Shown in pieces: positions 12,662 through 24,269 of a DNA stretch of 64,000 bases. Location of the stretch: NCBI RefSeq assembly GCF_006345805.1, contig NC_043006.1:66464001-66528000 (forward strand), in the 5' to 3' direction. This stretch comes from Octopus sinensis (lineage: Eukaryota). The notes under the pieces are model-generated. The model did no database searches. It had not been told where the DNA came from and saw nothing but the letters and a program-made list of their open reading frames with translations. Every line of letters begins with the position of its first letter. The first letter of the stretch is position 1. The translations under genes were made by a program, and so were the position numbers.

Positions 12662-13164
12662 TGAAAGAATGGAGCTGAACGACGAATTAACAAAATTCCT
12701 TTATTTTCGATATATGTTTAATCTATGCCCTAGGCACGTAACTTCAACCGTGTTTATTCTGATGTGAATTTGCTACCCAGGTATCGGTTAATTCGAATTA
12801 TCCTTAATAAGATAATTCATTCAACTACTCAAATACATACGCATATATATATACATCTATATATATATATATGATTATATGTAAACATACATACATACAC
12901 ACATTATGCGTATATAGGAACAGAATGAGAGGGGGTGAGAGGATGAGGGAAGCGAGAAGGAGAAAGAAAAAAGAGAAAGAGGCACCGAGGGATGAGGTTG
13001 CTATGTTTCGTAATAGTGATGGTTGGGAGTACCTTCCTTTTTCAGCGTTTAACGTTCAAATTCTACCGGCGGCCATTTATTTCTCCATAGATAGACAATG
13101 CAATATTTAATAGCAGTCACGTACAGATCCTTTCAAGTGTAGAAGCCTATTTATCTGCCTTTCC

Positions 13165-13520
13165 CTCAATCACTCACTCCCTCACTTACTCACTCATTCA
13201 CTCACACACTCACTCACTCTCTCACTCACACTCTCACTCACACTCTCTCTCATTCATTCACTCACTCAATAATAGTCACTCATTCACTCACTTACTCTCT
13301 CACACACCCACACATACACTGACTGACTGACGGACTGACTGACTGACTCACTCACTCACTCACTCACACACTCACACACTCACTCACTCTCTGACTTACA
13401 TTCTCACTCATTCACTCACTCACTCACTCACCCAATAATACAGTCAGTCACTTACTCACTCATTCACTCACTCACTCACTCACACACTCACTCACTCTCT
13501 CACTCACTCATTCACTCACG
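13165..13520. repeat. Compound (CACT)n/(GACT)n microsatellite
   Basis: Directly visible tetranucleotide tract. Confidence 0.9.
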
Positions 13521-13741
13521 TAAAAAATCTTTATAGCAGTATTAACATATAGAATAATATTTTACCACAAAAGTTAAAAACCAGTTTTTTCACTGTCAAA
13601 TTTTAAAAAAAAATCATTAAAAACCCACCTTCTGCTGAACCAAACGCATTTATAAACTATAGACTTACTGTATTTATAGACTTACTGTATTTATAAATAT
13701 TTGTAGCATTTTATATTTCGAATGCGACGGGTTTGCAAAAA

Positions 13742-13995
13742 CGTTAGCGAAATTCTTTGCGGTACTTCGTCTGTTTTCGTGTTTTGAGCTCAAATTCCAC
13801 CGAGGTCGATTTTAACTTTTATCCCTTCAGGGTCCATAAATTAAGTAACAGTTGCTTAATTTCGGGCCTCGTGACTAGAGTAGAAAAGAAAATTTTATAT
13901 TTCCAACGCGGTGAGCTGGCCGAAACATTAGCACGCCGGACGAAATGCTTTGCGATATTACGTCTGGTTTCACAATCTGAGTCCAAATTCCGCTT
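13742..13995 (+). mobile_element. Two adjacent degenerate SINE family B pieces
   Basis: 13742-13900 is a body with the alternative tail (tttcgggcc...gagtagaaaagaa); 13908-13995 is a head (gagctggccgaaacattagcacgccggacgaaatgc). Confidence 0.7.
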
Positions 13996-14019
13996 AGATA
14001 TGTTTCGTCCAAAGATTGG

Positions 14020-14380
14020 CCTAGACCATGTCTAAATAAATAACACCCCTGTTTGTGGTAACCAAGTTAAGTCAAGTTTTGTGGCATCATGCCCATTTAA
14101 GAAGGGAGTTTTTGTTGAGTGAAGTGTATCCAGTTATAGGTGCCTTATCTGGTATTACTTAAAGAAATTTGTCCAGATTCCGTTTAAAGGTGATGAGAAC
14201 TTTTCCCTCTTTGATTTGTTTTGGGACGATGCTAAATTGGGAAGTTGAAGAAAAATCTTGTGTTGCAGTGTATTTATGTATTGTGATCCTGAATTGTATG
14301 GGCCGTGGTCCTAGCCTTGGATGAATTCTCAAACTAATTTTGAGGTTGTTTGGGCAATGGTGGTGGTATATTCTCCACAT
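14020..14380 (-). pseudogene. CR1/L2-group LINE 3' end remnant
   Basis: Minus strand ...TFKRNLDKFL*VIPDKAPITGYTSLNKNSLL, the same C-terminal pattern as the 15009-15296 ORF, with one premature stop. Confidence 0.7.
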
Positions 14381-14422
14381 TGTGCAAATTATGTGTCGTT
14401 CATGGCGGCGCTGGAGAGAATA

Positions 14423-14581
<159 letters not shown>

Positions 14582-14714
14582 TGTGTGTATGTGTGTGTGT
14601 GTGTGTGTGAGTAGAATTTAGCTTAGTTCAAATGTGTTTGTCACATAGTTCAACTGCTAAAGGCAAATACACTGCAGTTACCGTGTATAAAAGAACCTTC
14701 TGATGGTAAAATGG

Positions 14715-14848
14715 TGTGAAAACACCCGATTCCTTCAGTGTCGCCATCTCTCGGGAACCTCAGACTTCGCTGTTTCGAGTTTTTTGACTCTTGTCAAAAG
14801 GTGTATGTAAGAGAGATGGCGACACTGAATGATCTGGGTGTTTTCACA
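14715..14848. repeat. 37-bp imperfect inverted repeat enclosing a structured 60-nt spacer
   Basis: tgtgaaaacacccgattccttcagtgtcgccatctct (14715-51) versus agagatggcgacactgaatgatctgggtgttttcaca (14812-48); internal ttttgac/gtcaaaa hairpin. Confidence 0.8.
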
Positions 14849-14916
14849 TCTTTTTGCCATAAGATTAATGGTAAAATAACTCGTTACCCTCACCCATTTA
14901 TTACACACGGTAATAT

Positions 14917-15296
14917 GATTTTGATTTTGATTTTGATTTTTCCAGTTTCAGCTAATGAGCTGTGGCCATGCTGGGGCACCGCCATTTGGTTTGCTACATG
15001 ATTTTACCTCACGAATGCTTTTTAGCAACTGCCATTTGGTGCATGAGAGAGTTCGATGCAGCTGCCCTCATCTGCACCTCCTGCCGTGAAGTTGGTTCAT
15101 CCGGGACACCTGACAGGAAGAGATCCAGTCCTACTTTAAAGACATCCGCATCCACACCATGCAGGTCCCTCAGGTTCTTCGGGAGGATATTGAAGAGCTG
15201 TGGGCCTCTGAAGCCCAGGCTATCACAGTATCTTGTCCTACATCTTGATGGCAAATTTGGAGTCCTTGGCACCACGCAAATATATTTGCAATGCAA
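14917..15296 (-). mobile_element. 5'-truncated CR1/L2-group LINE: ORF2 C-terminus, 3' UTR and (AAAATC)n tail
   Basis: GPQLFNILPKNLRDL...FKVGLDLFLSGVPDEP...AAASNSL, then ggcggtgccccagcatggccacagctcattagctgaaac and aaaatc repeats. Clade assignment is from motif recall. Confidence 0.8.
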
Positions 15297-15675
15297 TAAA
15301 AAAACACTTGTGTATTAATAATTGGGTATTCTACCAGCAGTATATTGGATAGATATCATCCCTTAGTGGGTTGGATTCACAACCTCTAACTTTCTTGCAT
15401 ATATATATATATATATACACATACGTATATATATATGAATATATATAAATATAAGAGCGATAATAGTATTAAAAATACCGTGGCTAGTGGCAGCAACTAC
15501 AAGAACGCAAAGGCAAATTAATAAAAAAAAATATATATATATATAAGATATATTAACCAGCATTGATTTGCTGACCTATCATGCTTGTATCAATTTTGTA
15601 ACTTTTCCGTGGCACAAAAGTACTTTTGACATCTATATTTAGCGATGCAGGTGCTCATGTAGTACCCTTCTGTGT

Positions 15676-15710
<35 letters not shown>

Positions 15711-15719
15711 CACACACAA

Positions 15720-15940
15720 GGCGGCGAGCTGGCAGAAAAGTTAGCACGCCGGGCGAAATGCTTAGTGGTATTTTGTCTGCCGCTGAGGTCAAAATCCGCC
15801 GAGGTCGACTTTGCCTTTCATCCTTTCGGGGTCCATAAATTAAGTACCAGTTACGCACTGGAGTCGATGTAAATGAATTAATTCGTTTGTCTGTCCTTGT
15901 TTGTCCCCTCTATGTTTAGCCCCTTGTGCACAATAAAGGA
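15720..15940 (+). mobile_element. tRNA-derived SINE family B
   Basis: ggcggcgagctggcagaaa...ccgaggtcgactttgcctttcatcctttcgggg...gcccctt; many homologous copies in the window. Confidence 0.88.
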
Positions 15941-15953
15941 ATGTATATATATA

Positions 15954-16357
15954 GGCACAGTGGTGGATGTTTGGTAAGTAGCTTGCTTACCAAGTCCACA
16001 TGGTTCGGGTTCAATCCCACTGCATGGCACCGTAGGCAAGTGTCTTCTACTAAAGCCACGAAAACTGAAAGAAGCCGTCGTATATATGTTTGTATCTAAT
16101 ATAATATATATATTATATATATATATATATATGTATGTATGCGTGTATGTTTGTGTATCGTGCTTTTCCCCCGACCATCGCTTGACAACCGATGTTGGTG
16201 TGTTTACGTCCCCGTAACTTAGCGGATCTGCAAAAGAGACCAATAGAATAAGTACTAGGCATACAAAGAGTAAGACCTGGGGTCGATTTGTTTGACTAAG
16301 AGCGGTGCTTCAGCATAACCGCAGTCATATGACTGAATCAAATAAAAGAATAAAAGA
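15954..16357 (+). mobile_element. SINE family A
   Basis: Collinear with the 22247 and 26730 copies from head to taaaagaa tail. Confidence 0.88.
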
Positions 16358-16516
16358 ACGTTTATTGTCTCTAGTTCAAATGCTGTCTGTTCCATTTACG
16401 GTCAATGCTCTTTTGTGAAGCCTTGCAGTTCATGGGTTTCAGATTTTGGTCTTTGTTATAGATATGCTTCTATGGTTGCGGTTTTGGTTGAGGAACCATT
16501 TTTCACACGGGCGCGC

Positions 16517-16559
<43 letters not shown>

Positions 16560-16757
16560 ACACGCACACACGGACACACACTCACATGCGCGTGTGCATA
16601 CAGGCGAATCTAGTTATTATTCAAGCTGACATGAATGAATTTCGAAAATACTTCTTTATACGACACTTATATATTACATATAAGCTAAGAAATTCTTTAG
16701 GTCTTCTACGTTTTCTACTTTGAATTTACATTTTCAATTATAATCTTTCCCAAAGCT

Positions 16758-16975
16758 CCGAGCTGGCAGAATCAATGGCGCGCTTGACACGCTTCTTAAA
16801 CAATTTGTCTTCTTCTAGCTCTTTACTTTCTCAGTTCAAATAATGCCGGGGTCATTTTCGTCTTTCATCTTGTCGATATTGATAAAATAAGTGCCGGTCA
16901 AGCAGCGGGGCTGATGTAATCCACTAGCTTCTTCTCACAAAATTACAGGCTTTCTGCCTATAGAAGAAATAACTA
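16758..16975 (+). mobile_element. Old SINE family B copy
   Basis: gagctggcagaatc...gttcaaat...tttcatc...gataaaataagtgcc; diverged. Confidence 0.55.
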
Positions 16976-17200
16976 TTAACCCTTTCATTACCATATTTCT
17001 GTTGAGATGCTCTCTGTTTCCTCCAATTAATTTTAAATATAACAAAGAATTTTGTAAAATAACTTAGTTATCATTATTGATTGGAACGTAAAGTGTGACT
17101 AAGGTTTGGTTGAAGATTTTAATTCAAAATTCATGAAAACAAGACATTTATACTACAGAGCCAGAGGCGGTTTCAGCCAGGTTGATATCAAAAGGGTTAA
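16976..17200. mobile_element. piggyBac-type MITE, copy 1
   Basis: TTAA-CCCTTT...AAAGGG-TTAA termini; homologous along its length to the adjacent copy. Confidence 0.85.
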
Positions 17201-17212
17201 ATTAATCATTTG

Positions 17213-17438
17213 TTAACCCTTTTGTTACCATATTTCTGTCGAGATGCTATGTGTTTCTTTCAATTAATTTTAAGTATAACAAAGAATATCGTAAAATAAG
17301 TTATCATTAAGTTAGTGTTAGGAACATAAATTGTGACTAAGCTTTGGTGGAAGATTTTAATTCAGAACTTTTGAAAACAAGATATTTGTACTATAGAGCC
17401 AGTGTCAGTTTCAGCCGGGTTGGTATCAAAAGGGTTAA
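17213..17438. mobile_element. piggyBac-type MITE, copy 2
   Basis: ttaacccttttgttacca / tggtatcaaaagggttaa: 17 of 18 terminal bases inverted, including TTAA. Confidence 0.88.
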
Positions 17439-17941
17439 GGAAATGATCTGGTTGAGTTGTTAGAACGCGGGGCAATATTGCTTAGCAGCATTTCTTCCGA
17501 TTTTACATTATGGGTTCAAATTCCACCGAGATCGAATGTAAATTTCGTCTTTTGAGGCCAAATATCCGCCAAAGATGAGGCCAAATATCCGCCAAAGGTA
17601 AATAATGTACATAAGGTATACTTTTTAGCTTCTGTGTTTTTTTTATATATGTATTCGTTTTTTATATGTTAAAGGCCATGGTAATATTTATATGTGATGG
17701 AATGTATGGAAGTGTGGTGTTGTGCAAAGTCGTTGACTCGAATTTGATGTTTGTTCTCTAATTAATGTTTTTTTTGTATATACATGTGTGTGTGTGTGTG
17801 TGTGGTGTGTGTGTGTGTGTGTGTGTATTAAAGTAAAATTCTAAGGAAAACGGCTCCTTTAAAGGGGAGTGTAAAACATCCAATTCACTGGCACGTCAGT
17901 TTAATACCACAGAAATAGGGGTATATTTCAAATTACAAACC

Positions 17942-18856
17942 ATAAATTAAACAGAGATACAATTGACAATCTAATAATTTGTATAACATAATATACTATG
18001 AATATAATATAAGATAAGATAACATGAAATATTATTAAAAAACAAAAAAAAGCCAACAATTTGCTTCGACTTATATAAACGGATATGAATTGTTTACAAA
18101 TCAATGTATATAAGTCGAAATAAATTATTGACTTTTGGGGACTTTTAATAATTTTTAATGCTATCTTATCTTATATTCGTAAAGTGTACTAGCCATCTGA
18201 ATGTGGCTAGCCACTGGGGGTGGGGTGTTACTGATGCTTTTAGCCCCAGGAGATCAACGTCACCAGCTGGCCTTAGACACAAAATTTCAGTGCCCTTGTG
18301 TTATTTGCAAAGGGAGGTCATCCTCCCTCGTAAACCTAAGTGATACATACGGACTATAGTTTCAAGGTAATTGCCTCTCATCAACGCATGGTAAACACCG
18401 GTTTTCGATGAAGGAGACCTTTGCAAATAATAATATTTAACGTTTTTCACAGCAACCACTGTCACTGATTTAGAAAAACTGCCTGAAAGCATTAATAAAT
18501 CTCTGAACGAGATATAAACAGTAACCGCTCGACAACGTAAAGTGTACTAGCCATCTGAATGTGGCTAGCCACTGGGGGTGGGGTGTTACTGATGCTTTTA
18601 GCCCCAGGAGATCAACGTCACCAGCTGGCCTTAGACACAAAATTTCAGTGCCCTTGTGTTATTTGCAAAGGGAGGTCATCCTCCCTCGAAAACCTAAGTG
18701 ATACATACGGTTACTGTTTATATCTCGTTGTCGAGCGGTTACTGTTTATATCTCGTTCAGAGATTTATTAATGCTATCTTATATTCATTGTATAGTAATT
18801 AATTTTATCATATTAATAAATTATTAGATTGCCAATTGAATCTCTATTTAATTTAT
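17942..18856. repeat. Degenerate AT-rich palindromic (fold-back) element interrupted by a 590-bp complex insertion
   Basis: Palindrome centred near 18092 (ttcgacttatata 18065-77 / tatataagtcgaa 18107-19). The outer arm at 17942-18000 pairs with about 18785-18856. Confidence 0.65.
18178..18710. repeat. Two direct copies of a 175-bp unit (18178-18352, 18536-18710); the second is bracketed by a perfect 49-bp inverted repeat
   Basis: Copies differ at one base. IR arms at 18489-18537 and 18726-18774. Confidence 0.92.
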
Positions 18857-18870
18857 TATTTATGTATATA

Positions 18871-19244
18871 CTAGCAGTATCGCCCGGCGTTGCTCAGGTT
18901 TGTAAGGGAAATAACTATAAAGCATTTTTAGAGAGTTATAGCCAAAAAATGGGAAAAAAATGATGGTAAATTTTTTTTTGAGAGTTAAAAAAGGTCGAGT
19001 TGCGTCCCTTAGACAGTCTGTGGTTTGTGTTTCTGATTCTTGACCCCATGTCGAATTTATCGATTTTTTTCAGAACTGGGGGAACTTTTCAAAATTTTCG
19101 CTGCGTTAGTTTTGAATTATGACATTGGGCTATGTGTGTTCAAGTTTCATCAGAATCGGTTGAAAGCCGTGGTCAGGGTGAGGGTACAACCAAACAGACA
19201 CACAGAAACACACACAGACAAACTGCCGTTTATATATAGAGAGA
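18871..19244 (-). mobile_element. Non-autonomous Helitron (374 bp)
   Basis: Minus strand starts A|TCTCTCTATATATAAACGG and ends with hairpin cctgagcaacgccggg then CTAG|T. These are the canonical 5'-TC, 3' hairpin plus CTAG and A|T insertion site. Confidence 0.88.
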
Positions 19245-19248
19245 TAAA

Positions 19249-19288
<40 letters not shown>

Positions 19289-19429
19289 AATGATGTAATT
19301 TATGTACATGTTGTGTTCAAAAAATTTATTTTGATTAATCTTCGACCTTCACAGTATAGTACGTAGGGTTTATTGTTAAAGCTGAAAAACAGGTTGTGTT
19401 GGAAATGGTCGTCTATCTTGTATCAGTTA

Positions 19430-19660
19430 TTTATCTTAGGTATTGGATTGCGGCCATGCTGGGACAACACTTTGAATAATTTTTAGTCGAACGAATCCAC
19501 CACAGTACGTTTTATTTTGTTGAAAAGCCTGGCGAACTTTAGTGGAACGAACAGCTCCAGTACTTATTTTAAAAGGTAATCACTTATTCTATCCGTACCT
19601 TTTGCCGAACAGCTAAGTTACAGGGGTGTAAGCAAATCAAACACCAGCGGTTAAGCGGTT
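19430..19660 (-). mobile_element. SINE family A, 3' half (degenerate)
   Basis: tgcggccatgctggg...ccttttgccgaacagctaagttacagggg. Confidence 0.65.
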
Positions 19661-19682
19661 AAATATCATGGACTTTAGACAC

Positions 19683-19800
19683 AAGGCCCGAAATTTTTGG
19701 GGAGATTAGATCGACCCCAGTACACAACAGGTATTTAATTTATCGACCCCGAAAGAATGAAAGGCACAAACGACCTCGGCAGAATTTGAACACAGAACGT
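19683..19800 (-). mobile_element. SINE family B fragment with alternative tail
   Basis: aaggcccgaaatttttgggg...atcgaccccgaaagaatgaaagg...gacctcggcagaatttgaac. Confidence 0.7.
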
Positions 19801-19942
19801 AAAATTGGTCGGCAATATTAAGAGACGCTTGACCAAGTTACCGTACAGTGGGACTGAACCCGAAACCTTGTGACTGCAAAGCGAGTTTCTTAACCACACA
19901 GCCATGTCGTCATATTTTTTTAATGTTTTCAAACATTCACAT

Positions 19943-20333
19943 GGCGTGGATATGTGGTAAGAAGCTTGCTTCCCGACGACATAGTTCCAAGTTCAGTCCC
20001 ACTACGTGACATCTTGGGCAAGTGTCTTCTATTACAGCCTAGGGCCGACCAAATCTTTGTGAGTGGATTTGGTAGAAGGAAACTGTAAAGAAGCCCGTGT
20101 GTGTGTATCCGTGTGTATGTCTTTGTATCTGTGTTTGTCTCCTACCACCACTTGTTAACCGGTGCTGGTGTGTTTATAGTTCGTTACCTTAGATGCCCAA
20201 TAGAGACCGATAGAATATGTCTAGGCTAAAAAAAATAATGAATCCTAGGGTTGATTTGTCCGACTAAAACCCTTGAAAGTGGTGCCCCAGCTTGACCGCT
20301 GTCAAATGACCGAAACAAGTAAAAGAATAAAAG
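19943..20333 (+). mobile_element. SINE family A
   Basis: Full head-to-tail similarity to the other copies. Confidence 0.85.
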
Positions 20334-20609
20334 ATAGAATGATGTCCTGCGATGGGTGGATGGGTAGGCTCTAAAAATATCAGAAAGCACTGTTTCTCTT
20401 GAAAGCACTGTTTCTCTTGAAAGCACTGTGCAGCGAGTGCTCATAGCATAGGTCATAGCACCGTGATTCAATGTATTTTTTTTGGCTCTTACTGGTTTCT
20501 GCGGGAGAGAGTGCAAGATAGATGAAACTTCGTTCAAGTTAGCGATGGCCTAGTTCATGTGCTTTTCCGATAGCGCGAAGAATTTTGAGCGACATCTTTT
20601 ATTTTGTAT

Positions 20610-20850
20610 CTTCTGCATGTTTCAGTTATTAGACTGCGGCCATGCTGGGGCACCGTCTTGAAGAATTTTTTTTAGTCAAATGAATCGACCCCAGTACTCA
20701 TTTTCTTTTCAAAGCCTGGTAATTTTTCTATCCATCACTTTATGCCGAACCGCTAAGTTACAGGAACATAAAAAACGCCGATTGGGAAACGGTGGTTTGT
20801 GTGGATACAAACACAGATAGACAGATAGACAGACATACACACACATATAC
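20610..20850 (-). mobile_element. SINE family A, 3' half
   Basis: gactgcggccatgctggggcaccg...gccgaaccgctaagttac. Confidence 0.7.
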
Positions 20851-20860
20851 ATTAGCCAGT

Positions 20861-20907
<47 letters not shown>

Positions 20908-20910
<3 letters not shown>

Positions 20911-21079
20911 GGATCAGGCAAATGAAAGTAGGGCACGCGACATATTTATTGGGAATTACATGTATGGATCAAGCGTGATGCTAGTCTTCAGCTATTGGAA
21001 TTCTAATTCCAATGGCTGAAGACTAGCATCACACATGAAACTTAAAGTACTAAGGAATTTTAATGAAACTGTATCATTC

Positions 21080-21127
<48 letters not shown>

Positions 21128-21292
21128 GGATCAGGCAATGAAAGTAGGGCACGCGACATATTTATTGGGAATTACATGTATGGATCAAGCGTGATGCTAG
21201 TCTTCAGCTATTGGAATTCTAATTCCAATGGCTGAAGACTAGCATCACACATGAAACTTAAAGTACTAAGGAATTTTAATGAAACTGTATCA

Positions 21293-21339
<47 letters not shown>

Positions 21340-21517
21340 TATATATATGAGGGATCAGGCAAATGAAAGTAGGGCACGCGACATATTTATTGGGAATTAC
21401 ATGTATGGATCAAGCGTGATGCTAGTCTTCAGCTATTGGAATTCTAATTCCAATGGCTGAAGACTAGCATCACACATGAAACTTAAAGTACTAAGGAATT
21501 TTAATGAAACTGTATCA

Positions 21518-21520
<3 letters not shown>
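20908..21520. repeat. Three tandem 172-bp units separated by (AT)n, each carrying a 58-nt near-perfect hairpin
   Basis: Units 20908-21079, 21125-21295, 21349-21520, identical except for a 1-base deletion in unit 2. Hairpins at 20975-21032, 21191-21248, 21416-21473. Confidence 0.95.
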
Positions 21521-21560
<40 letters not shown>

Positions 21561-21563
<3 letters not shown>

Positions 21564-21704
21564 ACTGGTTCCTTTCAGTTTCCGTGTACCAAATCCACTC
21601 ATAAGGCGTTGGTCGGCACTTGCCGAAGGTGCCACGCAGTGAGATGAACGCTGAACCATGTGGATGGGAAACAAGCTATTTTTACCACACAACCACGTCT
21701 GCGC
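21561..21704 (-). mobile_element. SINE family A, 5' half
   Basis: ctttcagtttccg...aaatccactcataagg...ttaccacacaaccacgtctgcgc. Confidence 0.7.
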
Positions 21705-22014
21705 TTCCGTGCAAAATAAAAAAAACAAAAAAAAACTTGACTCACTTGAATGACTAGAAACAATAAGTAAATGCTTAAAAGTAGGTAATTATAGTTTGTT
21801 TTGTAATCATTTCACAACATCGCCGTTTAGTTAATTAATTGAGGTAATAATGTAGAAAATAAGCCATTTATTATAAATCGTTTGATATCGACATTAGTCC
21901 ACAAGAAAGAACAAAATAAACATGATATAATATTCAATTTGCTTTAAATAATTAAACTGAAACTTACTAATTATACATTATATTAGTAAGCATACTTATA
22001 CATATCACGTTATT

Positions 22015-22245
22015 GATCAGTCTGTCGGATGTTGTTATGCATCGCTGGTCACAAAGCGCTTCGTATCGTTTTTGCTTTCGATTGATGACACCGCGCTGGC
22101 TAGGCAAGCAGACCAACATCTCCTCTGATCGAAAGGGTCGTGTATCGCAGGGTTATACACTAGAGCAATGTGAAATGATGTAGTTTGGTCAAGATCACGA
22201 CCTGCATCTGGTCTGAGGATTAAAACTACAATCTCAACAAGCTTT
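22015..22245 (-). mobile_element. Degenerate C/D-group SINE with tail T3
   Basis: catcgctggtcacaaagcgcttcg...gctggctaggcaagcagaccaaca matches the tail of 33979-34287. Confidence 0.6.
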
Positions 22246-22246
22246 A

Positions 22247-22662
22247 GGCGCAAGAGTGGCTGTGTGGTAAGTAGCTTGCTTACCAACAACATGCTTCTGG
22301 GTTCAGTCCCATTGCGTGGCATCTTGGGCAAGTGTCTTCTACTATAGCCTCGGGTAGACCAAAGCCTTGTGAGTGGATTTGCTAGATGGACACTGAAAGA
22401 AGCCCGTCGTATATATGTATATATATGTGTATGTATGTGTATATGTTTGTGTGTCTGTGATTGTCCCCCCCCACCAACATAGCTTGACAACCGATGTTGA
22501 TGTGTTTACGTCCCCGTAACTTAGCGGTTCGACAAAAGAGACCGATAGAATAAGTACTAGGCTTACAAAGAATAAGTCCTGGGGTCGATTTGCTCGACTA
22601 AAGGCGGTGCTCCAGCATGGTCGCAGTCAAATGACTGAAACGAGTAAAAGAGTAAAGAGTAA
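22247..22662 (+). mobile_element. SINE family A, young full-length copy
   Basis: Close to in-window consensus, with gagtaaaagagtaaagagt tail. Confidence 0.92.
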
Positions 22663-23518
22663 GCCTAATAACTAGGCCGTGTGCCTTGAGATATATAGAA
22701 GCTTAAAGGGTCAGATAAAATGCCCTTATAGAGGGAGAAAAGTAAATGGCCAGCAAGCTGTTACAGAAAATCGAACTCCGCACCCCTCCAGTCGACCTGG
22801 GCGGAATTTGGACTCAAAATGTAAAGACGGACGAAATGCCATGAAGCATTTTGCCCAGTGTGTTTGTGAAGTACACAGTCACTTGCAGGTTTATTTCACG
22901 AGCATGTTGTTCAGTTAATGGAATCAACTGGAACACTCATCATCGTAACCGACGGAGTACCCAACAATCTTTCGGCTTAATTATGTGAAAGAGTGTTGGT
23001 GCCATCGATTCTGCCAGCTCGCAGCCGACATTTTTAGAAAAAAACAATGAAGCGTCGAGTGAGTGGGTATTTTAGAAACGAAGGCAATCTCGAACGTAGA
23101 AGAGCTGTGAAAAACAGCTTAGAGGATCGGGGAAAATACACTTATACAAGCCGCTACAGGGAATCGAATTGCGTATTTCTCAAATACATATATGTATGTA
23201 GATGTATATTATTCAACGCTGCTTCGAACGAAGTTTTTTTTATTTCTAGCTTAACCAAGTTTTATGCACACCAGTAAACACCATACGGAGAATTTTTCAT
23301 GCTTCTTAGCCTGTGAGCGATAAATGTGGCATTCGTACCTGACGAAGAAAAAAGACGCAAACAGGCAAACGACATGTGATCCAATGACATAATTTATAGC
23401 TTATTATTTGTTTTGAGAAGTGTCTGGTAAGAGAATATTCTACCGGGATTTTTTCCGTAACGGTAAGATCTTCTCACATCCAAATGTAGTCTTTACATAA
23501 ATCTGCCCGAACTCTCTG

Positions 23519-23620
<102 letters not shown>

Positions 23621-23936
23621 GTCTGTCTGTCTGTCTTACTCTCTCTCTATCCATACTAATATATGTATTTCTCTGTGTGCATATATATAACATATGTATA
23701 TAGTGATCTGTTGACTTTTATATACTGTTTGGACAGACGTACACTTACATTCATAAATTTATCAGTTAAAAATGTTAAAATATAATTTTTGCTTACATTT
23801 CGAAATGAGTTGTCCATCTGCATTTGTTTTTACGTGTATCATCTCTTATAAAAAATTACGACATATCTTATTCTTTTCAGTGCTCCCATAATTTTCTAAT
23901 TGAAGCACATATTCCCACCAGCACTCTTTCACGTAA

Positions 23937-24269
23937 CTAAGCCGAAAGACGGTTGGGTACTCCGTCGGTTACGGCGATGCGTGTTCCAGTTGATTCCATC
24001 AACTGAACAATATGCTCGTGAAATAAACCTGCAAGTGGCTGAGTACTTAACAAACACGCGTAACCATGATGTAGTTTTCAGGGAGATTCAGCGTGACATC
24101 GAATTTGACAAGGGTGGCCCTTTTTGAAATACAAATATTATTCATCTTAGCCCGCTGAGTGGACTGGAGCAACAAGAGGTTCTTGCGAAGGACCAATCGC
24201 GCCGCCAGGAATCGAACTTGACATTACGATTGTGAGCCGAATGCAATCGTCACTAAGCTACGCACCCTC
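23937..24269 (-). mobile_element. C-group SINE with tail T2; its tail is duplicated in inverted orientation at 22859-22979
   Basis: tRNA-like head and gagtggactggagcaac core, then gggccacccttgtc...gctgaatctccc...cgacggagtacc. Confidence 0.7.

Noticed and set aside
20908-21520. CRISPR-like array
   Set aside because: The units are identical 172-mers separated by simple TA repeats, with no unique spacers or cas genes; eukaryotic context.
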